Shown: positions 18,289 through 27,767 of the stretch, piece by piece
Layout of the letters: every line of letters begins with the position of its first letter
Numbering within the stretch: position 1 is the first letter of the stretch
Source: Candidatus Heimdallarchaeota archaeon
GTDB lineage: Archaea > Asgardarchaeota > Heimdallarchaeia > Heimdallarchaeales > Heimdallarchaeaceae
Length of the DNA stretch: 32,000 nucleotides
Assembly (NCBI GenBank): GCA_030668875.1
Contig: DAOVER010000031.1
Span: 1 to 32,000, forward strand
Direction: 5' to 3'
Made by a program: the position numbers and the translations under genes
Notes under the pieces: generated by a model
Database searches by the model: none
Seen by the model: the letters and a program-made list of their open reading frames with translations, nothing else
What the model was told of the DNA's origin: nothing

Positions 18289-18342
18289 TAAAATAGGGAT
18301 AGTTTAGTATCATTAATAACCTTTTGTACAGAAACAGCTAAT

Positions 18343-19260
18343 TTAGATGCTTTCCAATATTTCACTTAACCCAGTTTCAATAGGTATAGATTGTGTGAAC
18401 CCAAGTATTTCTTGTGCCTTCTTAATAGAACAAAAGCTTTCGTAGATATCACCATCTCGTGCTTTTGATTGTTTGGGTTGTATTTCAGAATCACTGAGTT
18501 TCAATAAATTGCTTGATAGTTCATTTATTGAATAAGGAATACCAGATCCAATATTTATAACTTGATTAACAGCTGATCTTGATTTTAGAGATAAATCAAT
18601 TGCATGGGCAACATCTTTCACATGTATGAAATCCCTTGTTTGGTTACCATCACCAAATATTTTGTACTGAACACCCATCTTTATAGCTTCTATAAACTTG
18701 AAGATTACTCCTGCATAAGGATCATCTGCATTCTGTAATGGACTGTAGATATTGAATGGGATTAGAACTACTGTATCTAAATCATAAAGCTGAGAGTACA
18801 GACGAACATACTTCTCTGAAACTAATTTGCTTAGACCATATGGAGATTTAGGGTTTCTTGGATGATCTTCAGTAATAGGCAAAAACACTGGATCCCCGTA
18901 AGTTGCAGCAGAACTAATGTGAATAAATCTTTTTACTTTAACTTCTCTGGCATACTCAAGTAATTGTAAAGTTCCCAAAATATTGTTCTCAGCATCAAAA
19001 ATGGGATTTGAAACTGATTGATTGACGCTAATTTGAGCAGCTGCATGAACAATAAAATCAATTTTGGGTAAATTTTCATAGCTTTCCTTGTTTTGAATGT
19101 CATTCTGTATAAAAATAACATCATCTGGAACTTCAACTTTTGAGCTTGATAAGTTATCTAAAATATATATGTTGTATTGATTTTTTAAGTGAAGATAAGT
19201 ATAATACCCAACTTGTCCTAGACCACCTGTGATTAATACGGTTTCAGTATGTTTGGACAT
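18343..19260 (-). CDS. NAD-dependent epimerase/dehydratase (GalE-like extended SDR)
   Basis: ITGGLGQVG, HAAA, SSAATYG, YGLSK, FNIY, RDFIHVKD. ATG 19260 preferred over 19308. Confidence 0.9.
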   Translation of the reverse strand: MSKHTETVLITGGLGQVGYYTYLHLKNQYNIYILDNLSSSKVEVPDDVIFIQNDIQNKESYENLPKIDFIVHAAAQISVNQSVSNPIFDAENNILGTLQLLEYAREVKVKRFIHISSAATYGDPVFLPITEDHPRNPKSPYGLSKLVSEKYVRLYSQLYDLDTVVLIPFNIYSPLQNADDPYAGVIFKFIEAIKMGVQYKIFGDGNQTRDFIHVKDVAHAIDLSLKSRSAVNQVINIGSGIPYSINELSSNLLKLSDSEIQPKQSKARDGDIYESFCSIKKAQEILGFTQSIPIETGLSEILESI

Positions 19261-19357
19261 ACATAATCTGATACTAAAACTTTTTAAAAGCCTACCGTTC
19301 ATTTTCAATATAATTGTCTAAACTATTTTAATAGACAATGATTCAATTGGTGTACTT

Positions 19358-20440
19358 ATGACAAAGAAAGTCCGAATTGCAATTGCAGGTTTAGGAAATT
19401 GTGCTTCATCACTAGTACAAGGTCTTGAATATTACAAGAATGTAGATGAGAAAGATTTCGTTCCTGGAATTATGCACGTAAAATTTGGTGATTATCATTT
19501 ATCTGATGTTGAAGTAGTTGCTGCATTTGAGGTAAATACTAAAAAGATAGGGAAGGACATCTCGGAAGCAATTTGGCAGAGTCCAAATCTGAGTAAGAAG
19601 TTTTCCGATGTTCCTCATAAAGGAGTTACTGTTCAACCAGCACCCATAATGGATGGTGTAGCTCCTCATATGAAGGAATCTTTTCACTGTTATGATCCCA
19701 CACAATTAGAACCAGTCAATGTTACTGATGTATTGAAAGAATCTAATGCAGATGTTCTTATCAATTTCCTTCCAGTAGGTAGTGAAACTGGGGCACAAAT
19801 GTATGCTCAAGCATGTCTTGATACTAATGTTGCTTTTGCAAACGGTATTCCAGCATTTATTGCATCAAACAAAGAATGGGGTCAAAAATTCACAGACAAA
19901 AATATACCTGTTGCTGGAGATGATATAAAATCACAGTTAGGAGCAACAATTTTACATCGTATGTTAGTAGGATTAGCACATGAGAGAGGGATTAAGCTTG
20001 ATGAAACATTTCAATTGAATATCGGTGGAAATACAGATTTTGAGAACATGAAAAAAGAGTATAGACTGACCACAAAGAGAATTTCCAAAACTGAAGCAGT
20101 TACAAGCATGATACCATATGAAGTTCCAACTAGGATAGGACCTTCTGATTATGTTCCTTTCCTAGAAGATGAAAAAATATGTTATCTTTGGTTGAAGGGA
20201 AAGAATTTTGGTGAGCAACCTTTGAGTGTGCAACTTAAACTATCAGTACAAGATTCTCCAAATAGTGCAGGTGTTATGATTGATGTAGTTCGTTCTCTTA
20301 AAATCGCAAAAGATAGAAACATAGGAGGACCTTTAATTGGAGTTTCAAGTTATTTCTTCAAACACCCACCAAAGCAGATTCATGATGCTGAAGCTGTGCA
20401 ACTTGTTGAGAAATTTATCAAGGGAGAAATAACAAATTAG
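19358..20440 (+). CDS. ino1: Inositol-3-phosphate (myo-inositol-1-phosphate) synthase
   Basis: GLGNCASSLVQG, GDDIKSQLGAT, NIGGNTDF, ISKT, DEK, DSPNSAG, FKHPP. Confidence 0.95.
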   Translation: MTKKVRIAIAGLGNCASSLVQGLEYYKNVDEKDFVPGIMHVKFGDYHLSDVEVVAAFEVNTKKIGKDISEAIWQSPNLSKKFSDVPHKGVTVQPAPIMDGVAPHMKESFHCYDPTQLEPVNVTDVLKESNADVLINFLPVGSETGAQMYAQACLDTNVAFANGIPAFIASNKEWGQKFTDKNIPVAGDDIKSQLGATILHRMLVGLAHERGIKLDETFQLNIGGNTDFENMKKEYRLTTKRISKTEAVTSMIPYEVPTRIGPSDYVPFLEDEKICYLWLKGKNFGEQPLSVQLKLSVQDSPNSAGVMIDVVRSLKIAKDRNIGGPLIGVSSYFFKHPPKQIHDAEAVQLVEKFIKGEITN

Positions 20441-20450
20441 GGTGATATGA

Positions 20451-21521
20451 ATGTTAAAAAATGAAATTAAAGTAGCTATTGCTGGAGTAGGAACAATTGC
20501 ATCTGGTTTAGTACAAGGTATTACTTTTTTTGAAGAACATCAAGATAAACGAAAAAATCTCTTACATCCATCTATTGGAAGATTTGAAGCACAAGACATT
20601 AAAATCGTTGCTGCTTTTGATGTTGATTCAACAAAAGTTGGAAAGGACATTGCAAAAGCTATTTTTGCTCCAATTAACAGCACACCAAAATTCATAGAAG
20701 TTGAGGATACTGGAGTGATTGTCAATAAAGGTCCTGTAAAAGACGGTCTATCAGATCACTTGAAGAAAGTAATAACAATAGCTGATGGTGAAGAAGTTAA
20801 TGTTGTTGAAAAACTAAAAGAAACAAAAGCAGATGTACTTGTATGTGCAATCCCAACAGGAGCAGAAGAAGCGGTCATAGCTTATGCACAAGCAGCTTTG
20901 GAAGCTGAAATTGCTTTCATAAATTGCACTCCCACAACAATTGCTTGTGAACCTTCTTGGGCGCGAAAATTCAAGAAAGCAAATGTTTGTTTGATTGGTG
21001 ATGATTTACAGTCCCAAGCTGGTGGAACAGTTCTGCATAAAGGTTTTCTTGATGTTCTCAAAGAACAGGGTGTAACAATTAAAGATACTTACCAACTCGA
21101 TGTTGCAGGTGGACTTGAGACTCTTAATACATTAGATGATGATAGAAAACAATACAAGAGAGAAGTTAAAGAAAGGACTTTAAAACAATCGTTCAAGAAC
21201 GATATTAATCTTGCAAGTGGAACCTCAGATTATCTAGAGTTTCTTGGAAATCGTCGTATAGGTCACTTTTGGATCCGAGGAGAAGGGTTTATGGGAATGC
21301 CCGTTAAAATTGATATGAGACTAGAAACGCTAGATGGACCCAATGGTGCTGCAACTTTAATAGATGTTATTCGTGCAACAAAAGTAGCGATTAATCGTGC
21401 AGGAAGTGGTCCCATAAGTTCTATTTGTGCTTATGGATTCAAAGCACCTCCAGTATTCTCTGATAGACATAATGCACATAAATGGTTTAACGAATATCTA
21501 GAAGGAATAAGAACTGAATAA
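20451..21521 (+). CDS. Inositol-3-phosphate synthase paralog with altered active-site motifs
   Basis: Collinear with the upstream copy (GVGTIASGLVQG, AAFDVD, GDDLQSQ, FKAPP) but key motifs are changed. Confidence 0.85.
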   Translation: MLKNEIKVAIAGVGTIASGLVQGITFFEEHQDKRKNLLHPSIGRFEAQDIKIVAAFDVDSTKVGKDIAKAIFAPINSTPKFIEVEDTGVIVNKGPVKDGLSDHLKKVITIADGEEVNVVEKLKETKADVLVCAIPTGAEEAVIAYAQAALEAEIAFINCTPTTIACEPSWARKFKKANVCLIGDDLQSQAGGTVLHKGFLDVLKEQGVTIKDTYQLDVAGGLETLNTLDDDRKQYKREVKERTLKQSFKNDINLASGTSDYLEFLGNRRIGHFWIRGEGFMGMPVKIDMRLETLDGPNGAATLIDVIRATKVAINRAGSGPISSICAYGFKAPPVFSDRHNAHKWFNEYLEGIRTE

Positions 21522-21539
21522 TCTAATTCTGTTCTTATC

Positions 21540-22514
21540 TCATATTAGCCTAAGTGTGTTTGTGATAGATATCAGTTTATCTCTTGATTCAGACTGAGGA
21601 TATTTTTCAAGAATCTCAATGGCAAGATTGATGTAATTATTGATTTCCTTTTCTATTAGCTTGATAGAAGCAGATTTTGCTATTATTTTTCTGATTTTTT
21701 GAGGAGAATATTCCTTCCTTTCTAGATAATATCTAATTAAGATGTCTTTCTCTTCTTTCTTTACCAAATCTATAGTTTCAAGTACAATATAAGTCTGGAT
21801 TCTATTAGAAATGTCTGTTAAAACGCCTGATTTTCCAAGTTTTTTTGAAGTAGATGTAATTGCTAAAAGGTCATCTCTTAATTGAAAAGCTCTACCAAAA
21901 TATTTACCGAAATTCTTCATATTCACTCTATCTTCTTTACTTGAAGTCCCCAGGACTCCACCAATAACCGAAGCAGCTTCGAAAAGACTTGATGTTTTTC
22001 TATCTATAAGCAGCAGAGCTTCTTCTTTAGACATTCTTTTCTCCCCCGAACGGAATTTCTCTTCCAAAAAAAGCGAAGAAGAGAGGTTATGAATAGTCTT
22101 AACAAGCTCATCTACAACATCGATTAGCTTGGTTTTTGCAGCTAAGCTTAATGCAAGGCTGCTCATTGAATATGAAATTGAAAGTGCTGCAAAAGTTGAA
22201 TATTTTAAATAGAAAGATTTTTCATTTCTTCTAAAAATGTCTTTATCAAAAATATCATCAACCAATAATGAAGCATTGTGAATGACTTCTAAAGCACAAG
22301 CAGCTGCAAAGCTTGTGTCATCACGTGCTTTATTCGAAATCATTTCAAAAGATAATAAACATATAAGGGGACGAATCCGTTTGCCACCATTCTGAAGAAT
22401 CTGATTTATTAGGTCATTTATTTCATCATCAAATGGACTCTGATCTTTAAGAGTTGAAAGGTAATCGTTTATCTCTTTTACTTCTTCGGTAAAATCTAAG
22501 TTAGCTAAGGACAC
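21540..22514 (-). CDS. trans-polyprenyl diphosphate synthase, probably medium/long chain
   Basis: GGKRIRP, FARM HNASLLVDDIFD...RR, KTSSLF, SARM-like FQLRDDLLA; GTG start. Confidence 0.88.
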   Translation of the reverse strand: MSLANLDFTEEVKEINDYLSTLKDQSPFDDEINDLINQILQNGGKRIRPLICLLSFEMISNKARDDTSFAAACALEVIHNASLLVDDIFDKDIFRRNEKSFYLKYSTFAALSISYSMSSLALSLAAKTKLIDVVDELVKTIHNLSSSLFLEEKFRSGEKRMSKEEALLLIDRKTSSLFEAASVIGGVLGTSSKEDRVNMKNFGKYFGRAFQLRDDLLAITSTSKKLGKSGVLTDISNRIQTYIVLETIDLVKKEEKDILIRYYLERKEYSPQKIRKIIAKSASIKLIEKEINNYINLAIEILEKYPQSESRDKLISITNTLRLI

Positions 22515-22572
22515 TGTAATCTAATACCGACTCTAATTTGCCTAAAAAAACTTATTGCAACTGCGAAATTTT

Positions 22573-24072
22573 TTATTTTGTGAGAGATTCCACTATCATA
22601 TACATATTCTCTAGAAAAGAATTCACGAAAAACAATATTAGTACAACATAAACCAACGATATAATAAATGAGATATGAAATCCTGGTTCCACATAATTCA
22701 TCTTTGTTGTTTTTCTGTAATCTTCTACGAAGAACCATTTAACCAAACGTACCATATACACAAATGAAAATACCAGCAGCACCACATAAGAGATTGATAG
22801 TAACAAACCCCGAATACCTAAGGTATTATTGAAAAAAATATCACGAGAAACAAAAGGAAGAATAATTGGAAGAGCAAAGATGATGAAATAACTTAAGCTA
22901 GTAAATACGAATAAGAAGTTAGAGCGTCTTCCTAAATCTTTCAGTGCAGTGAAATCATCATTTCCGTATCTTGAGGAGAGTAAACCAACGATACTGAATG
23001 AAAAAATGAATATTGCAAAATACAATACCAAGATGAAAACAAGTGATCTTATTAACTCATTGATAATGACTCCTTCTTCTGTTGAAGCCATAATGTTTGA
23101 CAGTAACATAAATACAATGCCTAAATAAATCATGCTTGTATAATGTAAGAGCTTTTTGAGCTTGTTAACCGTCATTGCAGCTATAGAACCCCAGAGCGTA
23201 ATCATGATACCTAATATAAGGAACAACCAGGTCAATAAGTTGGAAAGACCTATTGTGTAGAGCTGCAAGCAGAATTTAATCAAAAAAGCTAAGCTGATTC
23301 CTCTTTGAACAATTAGGATGTAAGAAGATGTGGAGATACCTTCTTCATTAGAATAATCAAACATCCAGAAATGAAAAGGAGGAGACCCACAGTTAACAAA
23401 CATACTGATCAGAATAATTGCTATACCCAAATAACTCCACAAATCTGAATATAACTCTGATGAGATTCCAAAACTATTTTGGGAGAAATACAAAATGGAT
23501 ATTCCTACAAACAACAAAGCAAGTGAGAGGCTGTTAAGCATGGTCGTATTAAAAATATGCCGTTTTTTATTTGGTAAGTTTGTCGTTGGAGACAAAGAGC
23601 GTATAAAGAAGTTTAAACTCGAAAATAGTATAACAAAACCAAAGAAAACAAATATCCATGTTTGTGAGGATACAATGAAAAAGGATGACAATTGGATAAG
23701 TAATAAAGAAATGAATGCCATGAAGCTCTTCTCTGAATTCAGGTTAGCTTCAACAATAGAGAAGAAAATAATTACAACAGATGATAGAACAACCACACTA
23801 TAGATTGAAACTGAAAAAAGGTCTATTTCCAAAGGTAGTAATTCAATTTCAGTTCCTATAAAAGGAGTAAGTACATAGAGATAAGTAAGATATGAAACAA
23901 AACTAATTATAACGGAAAAGTAACCGTAAATTATTCTCATCCTCTGTTTTAAGAATTTCAATTTTGTTGTTATCTTATTAGCAAAAAGACCAATTACTAC
24001 ATTGATGATAACGCCAAATATTAAGATAAGCTGCGGAATGAATTTAATCAGAAGTGCAGCCTTGTCACTCAT
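22573..24072 (-). CDS. NuoN-like antiporter-type membrane subunit (degenerate)
   Basis: IPQLILIFG, EIDLFS, GISILY, PPFHFWMFD, KKLLHYTSM; about 14 TM segments. Confidence 0.8.
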   Translation of the reverse strand: MSDKAALLIKFIPQLILIFGVIINVVIGLFANKITTKLKFLKQRMRIIYGYFSVIISFVSYLTYLYVLTPFIGTEIELLPLEIDLFSVSIYSVVVLSSVVIIFFSIVEANLNSEKSFMAFISLLLIQLSSFFIVSSQTWIFVFFGFVILFSSLNFFIRSLSPTTNLPNKKRHIFNTTMLNSLSLALLFVGISILYFSQNSFGISSELYSDLWSYLGIAIILISMFVNCGSPPFHFWMFDYSNEEGISTSSYILIVQRGISLAFLIKFCLQLYTIGLSNLLTWLFLILGIMITLWGSIAAMTVNKLKKLLHYTSMIYLGIVFMLLSNIMASTEEGVIINELIRSLVFILVLYFAIFIFSFSIVGLLSSRYGNDDFTALKDLGRRSNFLFVFTSLSYFIIFALPIILPFVSRDIFFNNTLGIRGLLLSISYVVLLVFSFVYMVRLVKWFFVEDYRKTTKMNYVEPGFHISFIISLVYVVLILFFVNSFLENMYMIVESLTK

Positions 24073-26012
24073 ACAATAACACCTACAATATAGAGAAAAT
24101 ATGTAAGGAGAAGGAGAAAAATAACAGAGAAAATAACATAAATCAGCTGTGATTTCTCTGAAGCAGTTTCTAATTTTCTGATGGTTTTAGATAAAGCAAT
24201 GAAAAATGATTTAATTTTAGGAATCGCTACTTTTACAATAAAATTCTTCAATGCTTTCAAGAGGAATGTGATAATCCTAGCTAATTCTGTTAAAATAACT
24301 CCTACTAGAAATGCTTCGATGAAATAGCGATAAAACCATTTAATACTAGGAAGAAGGATTTTAAGATACAGAAGCTCTAAAGGAGAATAGAGAAAATCAT
24401 AATAGTATATTTTCTGATAGGTTCGTTCAATTTTAAGCAAATATGGACTCATCGATTCATTAAATTCAATGAATACGGTCTTCAATAGAACAAAAGCCAC
24501 TATTGCTATGAGAAAACTAATACCCAAAGGAAGAGCAGATAATAACAATGTCTGGTTTTCAATTGCAATTGGGGTTTCATAGAGACCAATAATCTGGAAA
24601 TAAGGGTAGATAGTAAATGTTAGAATATTGACTACAGCTAAAATAGCGACCAAAATGATGCTTCTAATAGATTTACGTACAGCTCTTTTACTCCAAAGAT
24701 CATAAGCAAGTTTGATACCAACTATTCCAAGAAGGAATAAGAATAAGAAACCTATTATGAACAATGCTAAAGAGAGAGAGTTAGGTTGAGACACATAGAT
24801 TATGATTATACTTAGAACTGAACTACTAAGAGGGGGGACTCCAATAAGCCCAAGAAAGATTATAGCAGATGTTAGAAAGAAGGCTATGTTGGTGAAAATT
24901 TGAGGTTTAGTAGTTCCCATTTTATCTCTTAGTTCTTTCTTGCTTCTGTTCGTAATTATTATCGGAATCGCTGTTCCTACTATCATCATTACAATCATAT
25001 TATGAAAACCAATTGCATAACTTCCTGAACCAAATGTAAAGAGTATGTAAGCGAATAACGATGAGAAAACAAGAACTAGCAAAGAGCTTTTGTTATTGGT
25101 AAAAACTGCAATTGTTATAGAAATTATTGCAACGACTATACCAACCCAGGCAAAAACATCTGCTAAAACTGGTAAAAGATTGAAATAAGGGGTACTAACA
25201 AACGCAAATAAACTTGTAAAAATATAGAAGGATAAAACAGGTATATTCCATGATAAATTATCTTTATTTGCATTTCTGAACCAAGTGTGAAAGGGAAAAA
25301 TGGAGATTTTTGCTATAACACCAACAAAGAACAGAACATTTAGGAGGAGAAAATATTGATTATAAATAAAGAATTTCAGCTGAATATCATTAATTATCAT
25401 ATTGTAATTGAAGGAACTTGTTCTTTTTATTAGTAAGATAAAGGATGTCAGGATTAATGCATTTGCAATAATCAAACTGAAGAACAGCTGTTTGAATCCT
25501 AGCTTATTCTCCAACATAGAATCTTTTGATAATGAATGTAGATACTCAAGATATAGAAAATCTAGAATAAACCATACTACTATTAATTGGAAGAAATTTG
25601 GTGAGAATACAAAAGGTATTATCAACAGAGCAAAATATGATAAACGATCCAAAGTTGACTTCGACAAATCTTGTTTTTCAGCTGCTAAATAGTTTAGATA
25701 TACAGTTAAACATATTACTAGAACAGCATAGAAAATCGTTCTTAAAACTGATACTGAAAATCCTAAACTAAAAGAGAGATTATCAATATTGAACAAATCT
25801 ATAGATGTTTCATAATTACTATTATGATAAAGAACCATTGCTAAAACTGTTACAGATGCGAATATATTAGTTAGAGAGAAGAAATTGTGGTGCTGTTTCT
25901 GATTTTGTTCACTTCCTCCAATTAGCCTTAGAAGAATCGGAAATGCAAATAATATCCCCATCTGTGCTAATAGAAGTATGTTAATTAAGTTCATTATCTT
26001 CAATCCTTTCAT
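24069..26012 (-). CDS. NuoL-like antiporter-type membrane subunit with long C-terminal lateral helix (degenerate); alternative start 25994
   Basis: NFFQLIVVW, AKISIFPFHTW, GFHNM, GVPP, YYYDFLY, long amphipathic stretch, final TM helix. Confidence 0.8.
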   Translation of the reverse strand: MKGLKIMNLINILLLAQMGILFAFPILLRLIGGSEQNQKQHHNFFSLTNIFASVTVLAMVLYHNSNYETSIDLFNIDNLSFSLGFSVSVLRTIFYAVLVICLTVYLNYLAAEKQDLSKSTLDRLSYFALLIIPFVFSPNFFQLIVVWFILDFLYLEYLHSLSKDSMLENKLGFKQLFFSLIIANALILTSFILLIKRTSSFNYNMIINDIQLKFFIYNQYFLLLNVLFFVGVIAKISIFPFHTWFRNANKDNLSWNIPVLSFYIFTSLFAFVSTPYFNLLPVLADVFAWVGIVVAIISITIAVFTNNKSSLLVLVFSSLFAYILFTFGSGSYAIGFHNMIVMMIVGTAIPIIITNRSKKELRDKMGTTKPQIFTNIAFFLTSAIIFLGLIGVPPLSSSVLSIIIIYVSQPNSLSLALFIIGFLFLFLLGIVGIKLAYDLWSKRAVRKSIRSIILVAILAVVNILTFTIYPYFQIIGLYETPIAIENQTLLLSALPLGISFLIAIVAFVLLKTVFIEFNESMSPYLLKIERTYQKIYYYDFLYSPLELLYLKILLPSIKWFYRYFIEAFLVGVILTELARIITFLLKALKNFIVKVAIPKIKSFFIALSKTIRKLETASEKSQLIYVIFSVIFLLLLTYFLYIVGVIV

Positions 26013-26268
26013 CAGTTGTAGGTATTATAGTAAACAACTTATCTCTTACATAGAAGAATAACATAAGGATAACAGATAATACCCCGAGTAATGTAAATAT
26101 TAATGCTTCAGCATTTAGTTGTACAACAGATAGGAAAAATATTCCAGTAAGAAATATCAAAACAAAACCTATGAAAACCTGTAAGCTTTTCTTGCTGAAC
26201 AATATGAGAAATATTCCACATAAGAAACAAATAAAGGCAATTGATAGTATAAAACTCAGATATACCAT
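25981..26268 (-). CDS. NuoK-like small membrane subunit (degenerate)
   Basis: 95 aa, 3 TM segments, GIFLILFSKKSLQVFIGF resembling the NuoK TM1-TM2 pattern; lies between J-like and L-like genes with overlapping ends. Confidence 0.65.
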   Translation of the reverse strand: MVYLSFILSIAFICFLCGIFLILFSKKSLQVFIGFVLIFLTGIFFLSVVQLNAEALIFTLLGVLSVILMLFFYVRDKLFTIIPTTDERIEDNELN

Positions 26269-26939
26269 TGTTCAGAATCTCTCCTTTTGAATTGAGTGTA
26301 AATTTCAGTTAAAATTAGAATAAATGTGAAAAGCATTGCAAGAATTATTACAATAAGAATTGTTCTATAATCTGGATGAAGAGCAAATAAACTAGCAAGA
26401 GGGATATTTACAATATCTATCTTTCCTTGGTCCATAATAGAGAAAACTAAAAAGCCAAATAGTGAAGCAAAAGCGAAAATTATAATTGTATTTATAACAA
26501 GTTTTGATCCTTTACTATCTGTCACTTCTATGTCTTCTGGATGGTTAATGTTTAAACTATAAAATAATAAGCCTAAGCATATAATATAAGAGAGACTCAT
26601 GTTTATAATAAATAATAATGTCTGGTAAGTTGCTAGAAAAACAATAGAAAAGGACGAATATGCGAAAATGTGAAACATATATTTAATTCTTCCTTTTGTT
26701 AGAAAACCTCTAATTAGAAAACCCAAACCAAAGAACCCTCCAACATAAAAATAGCATTCATGAATCGTTTCAGGTAGAATTATTATCCAAACAGTGACAA
26801 AAGTAATTACAGCTGCTTTGATTAGAAACCAATGAAAGTTCTTTAATTTTGAAATGTTTGGCAGTATTATGAGAACAATGTTGACGAAACTAAGTAGACT
26901 TAGTATAATTGTACTCAATAGATAAGACATGTCAAACAT
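26256..26939 (-). CDS. NuoJ-like membrane subunit (divergent)
   Basis: Very hydrophobic 227 aa, YVGG resembling the NuoJ TM3 Y-x-G-A motif, first gene of an overlapping J-K-L-N run. Confidence 0.5.
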   Translation of the reverse strand: MFDMSYLLSTIILSLLSFVNIVLIILPNISKLKNFHWFLIKAAVITFVTVWIIILPETIHECYFYVGGFFGLGFLIRGFLTKGRIKYMFHIFAYSSFSIVFLATYQTLLFIINMSLSYIICLGLLFYSLNINHPEDIEVTDSKGSKLVINTIIIFAFASLFGFLVFSIMDQGKIDIVNIPLASLFALHPDYRTILIVIILAMLFTFILILTEIYTQFKRRDSEQWYI

Positions 26940-26993
26940 TATTGTTCAAAGAAAGATAAAGAAAAGGAAAGATAAAAGTTTTTGGTAAAAGAA

Positions 26994-27767
26994 TCACGTC
27001 AGTTTTGTTTTACCTTTTCGCTTTTTCCGAAAGATGTAGAATAAGATAAATATTAATCCTGTTATGGTTATGAAACTTACGGGACTATCGTAAAGCCCTA
27101 CTGTTGCTTCACCAAGAAATTGTGTATAGGTGAATAAAGGCACTGAAACATTATATTCAGGAAAAGTTGGATATTCAGGTACTAGATGACTTCCTGAACC
27201 AAATGTCGTGAAATTCCCAACAGTATAATTTATCCCCAGATCTATTCTATATTGAAGATTAACTCCTTCACTCTCAGTCAAATTTACATAGTAAATAGGA
27301 GTTTTATGTTGCAAATTAGCACTTATTTCTTCGTATAGTGGATCAGGGAAATATAGTACTTGCCATTTTGCTTTTGAAGTTTCAGGTATTCTCAATTTCC
27401 ATCTAGCATTAATAATAATCCTAAATAGTTCAGTTTCTGTTTGGTAACCAAGGTGTGATAAATCGAATGCGTTTACACCATAAAAACCAAAATAAATATC
27501 CATTTTTTCATCATCATCTGAGTCTAGACCCATAATGTTAAAATACAAATTAGGTCTTACAAAACCACCCACTGAACTGTTCAAACCAGCATCATCTTGA
27601 GGATCGAAGATTTCGATACGCTGTTCGTCACTTCCTATTCTGCATATTCCTTCAAAATCCCACACATCCTCTTCTTCCTCTTCTGCTTGTATGGAATGAT
27701 AGAAAGATGAAGTGATAAAAACTGTTACAATCAACAAACTTGTAATAACTAAATACTTGTTTTTCAT
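26994..27767 (-). CDS. Hypothetical secreted/surface protein with C-terminal TM anchor and basic tail
   Basis: Signal peptide MKNKYLVITSLLIV..., sequons NSS/NLT/NYT/NFT/NVS, C-terminus FITITGLIFILFYIFRKKRKGK. Confidence 0.75.
   Translation of the reverse strand: MKNKYLVITSLLIVTVFITSSFYHSIQAEEEEEDVWDFEGICRIGSDEQRIEIFDPQDDAGLNSSVGGFVRPNLYFNIMGLDSDDDEKMDIYFGFYGVNAFDLSHLGYQTETELFRIIINARWKLRIPETSKAKWQVLYFPDPLYEEISANLQHKTPIYYVNLTESEGVNLQYRIDLGINYTVGNFTTFGSGSHLVPEYPTFPEYNVSVPLFTYTQFLGEATVGLYDSPVSFITITGLIFILFYIFRKKRKGKTKLT

Noticed and set aside
13991-22514. A single lipid-biosynthesis island (HMGR, inositol synthases, prenyl synthase)
   Set aside because: The genes are on different strands, separated by unrelated genes and have their own promoters; there is no evidence of one unit.
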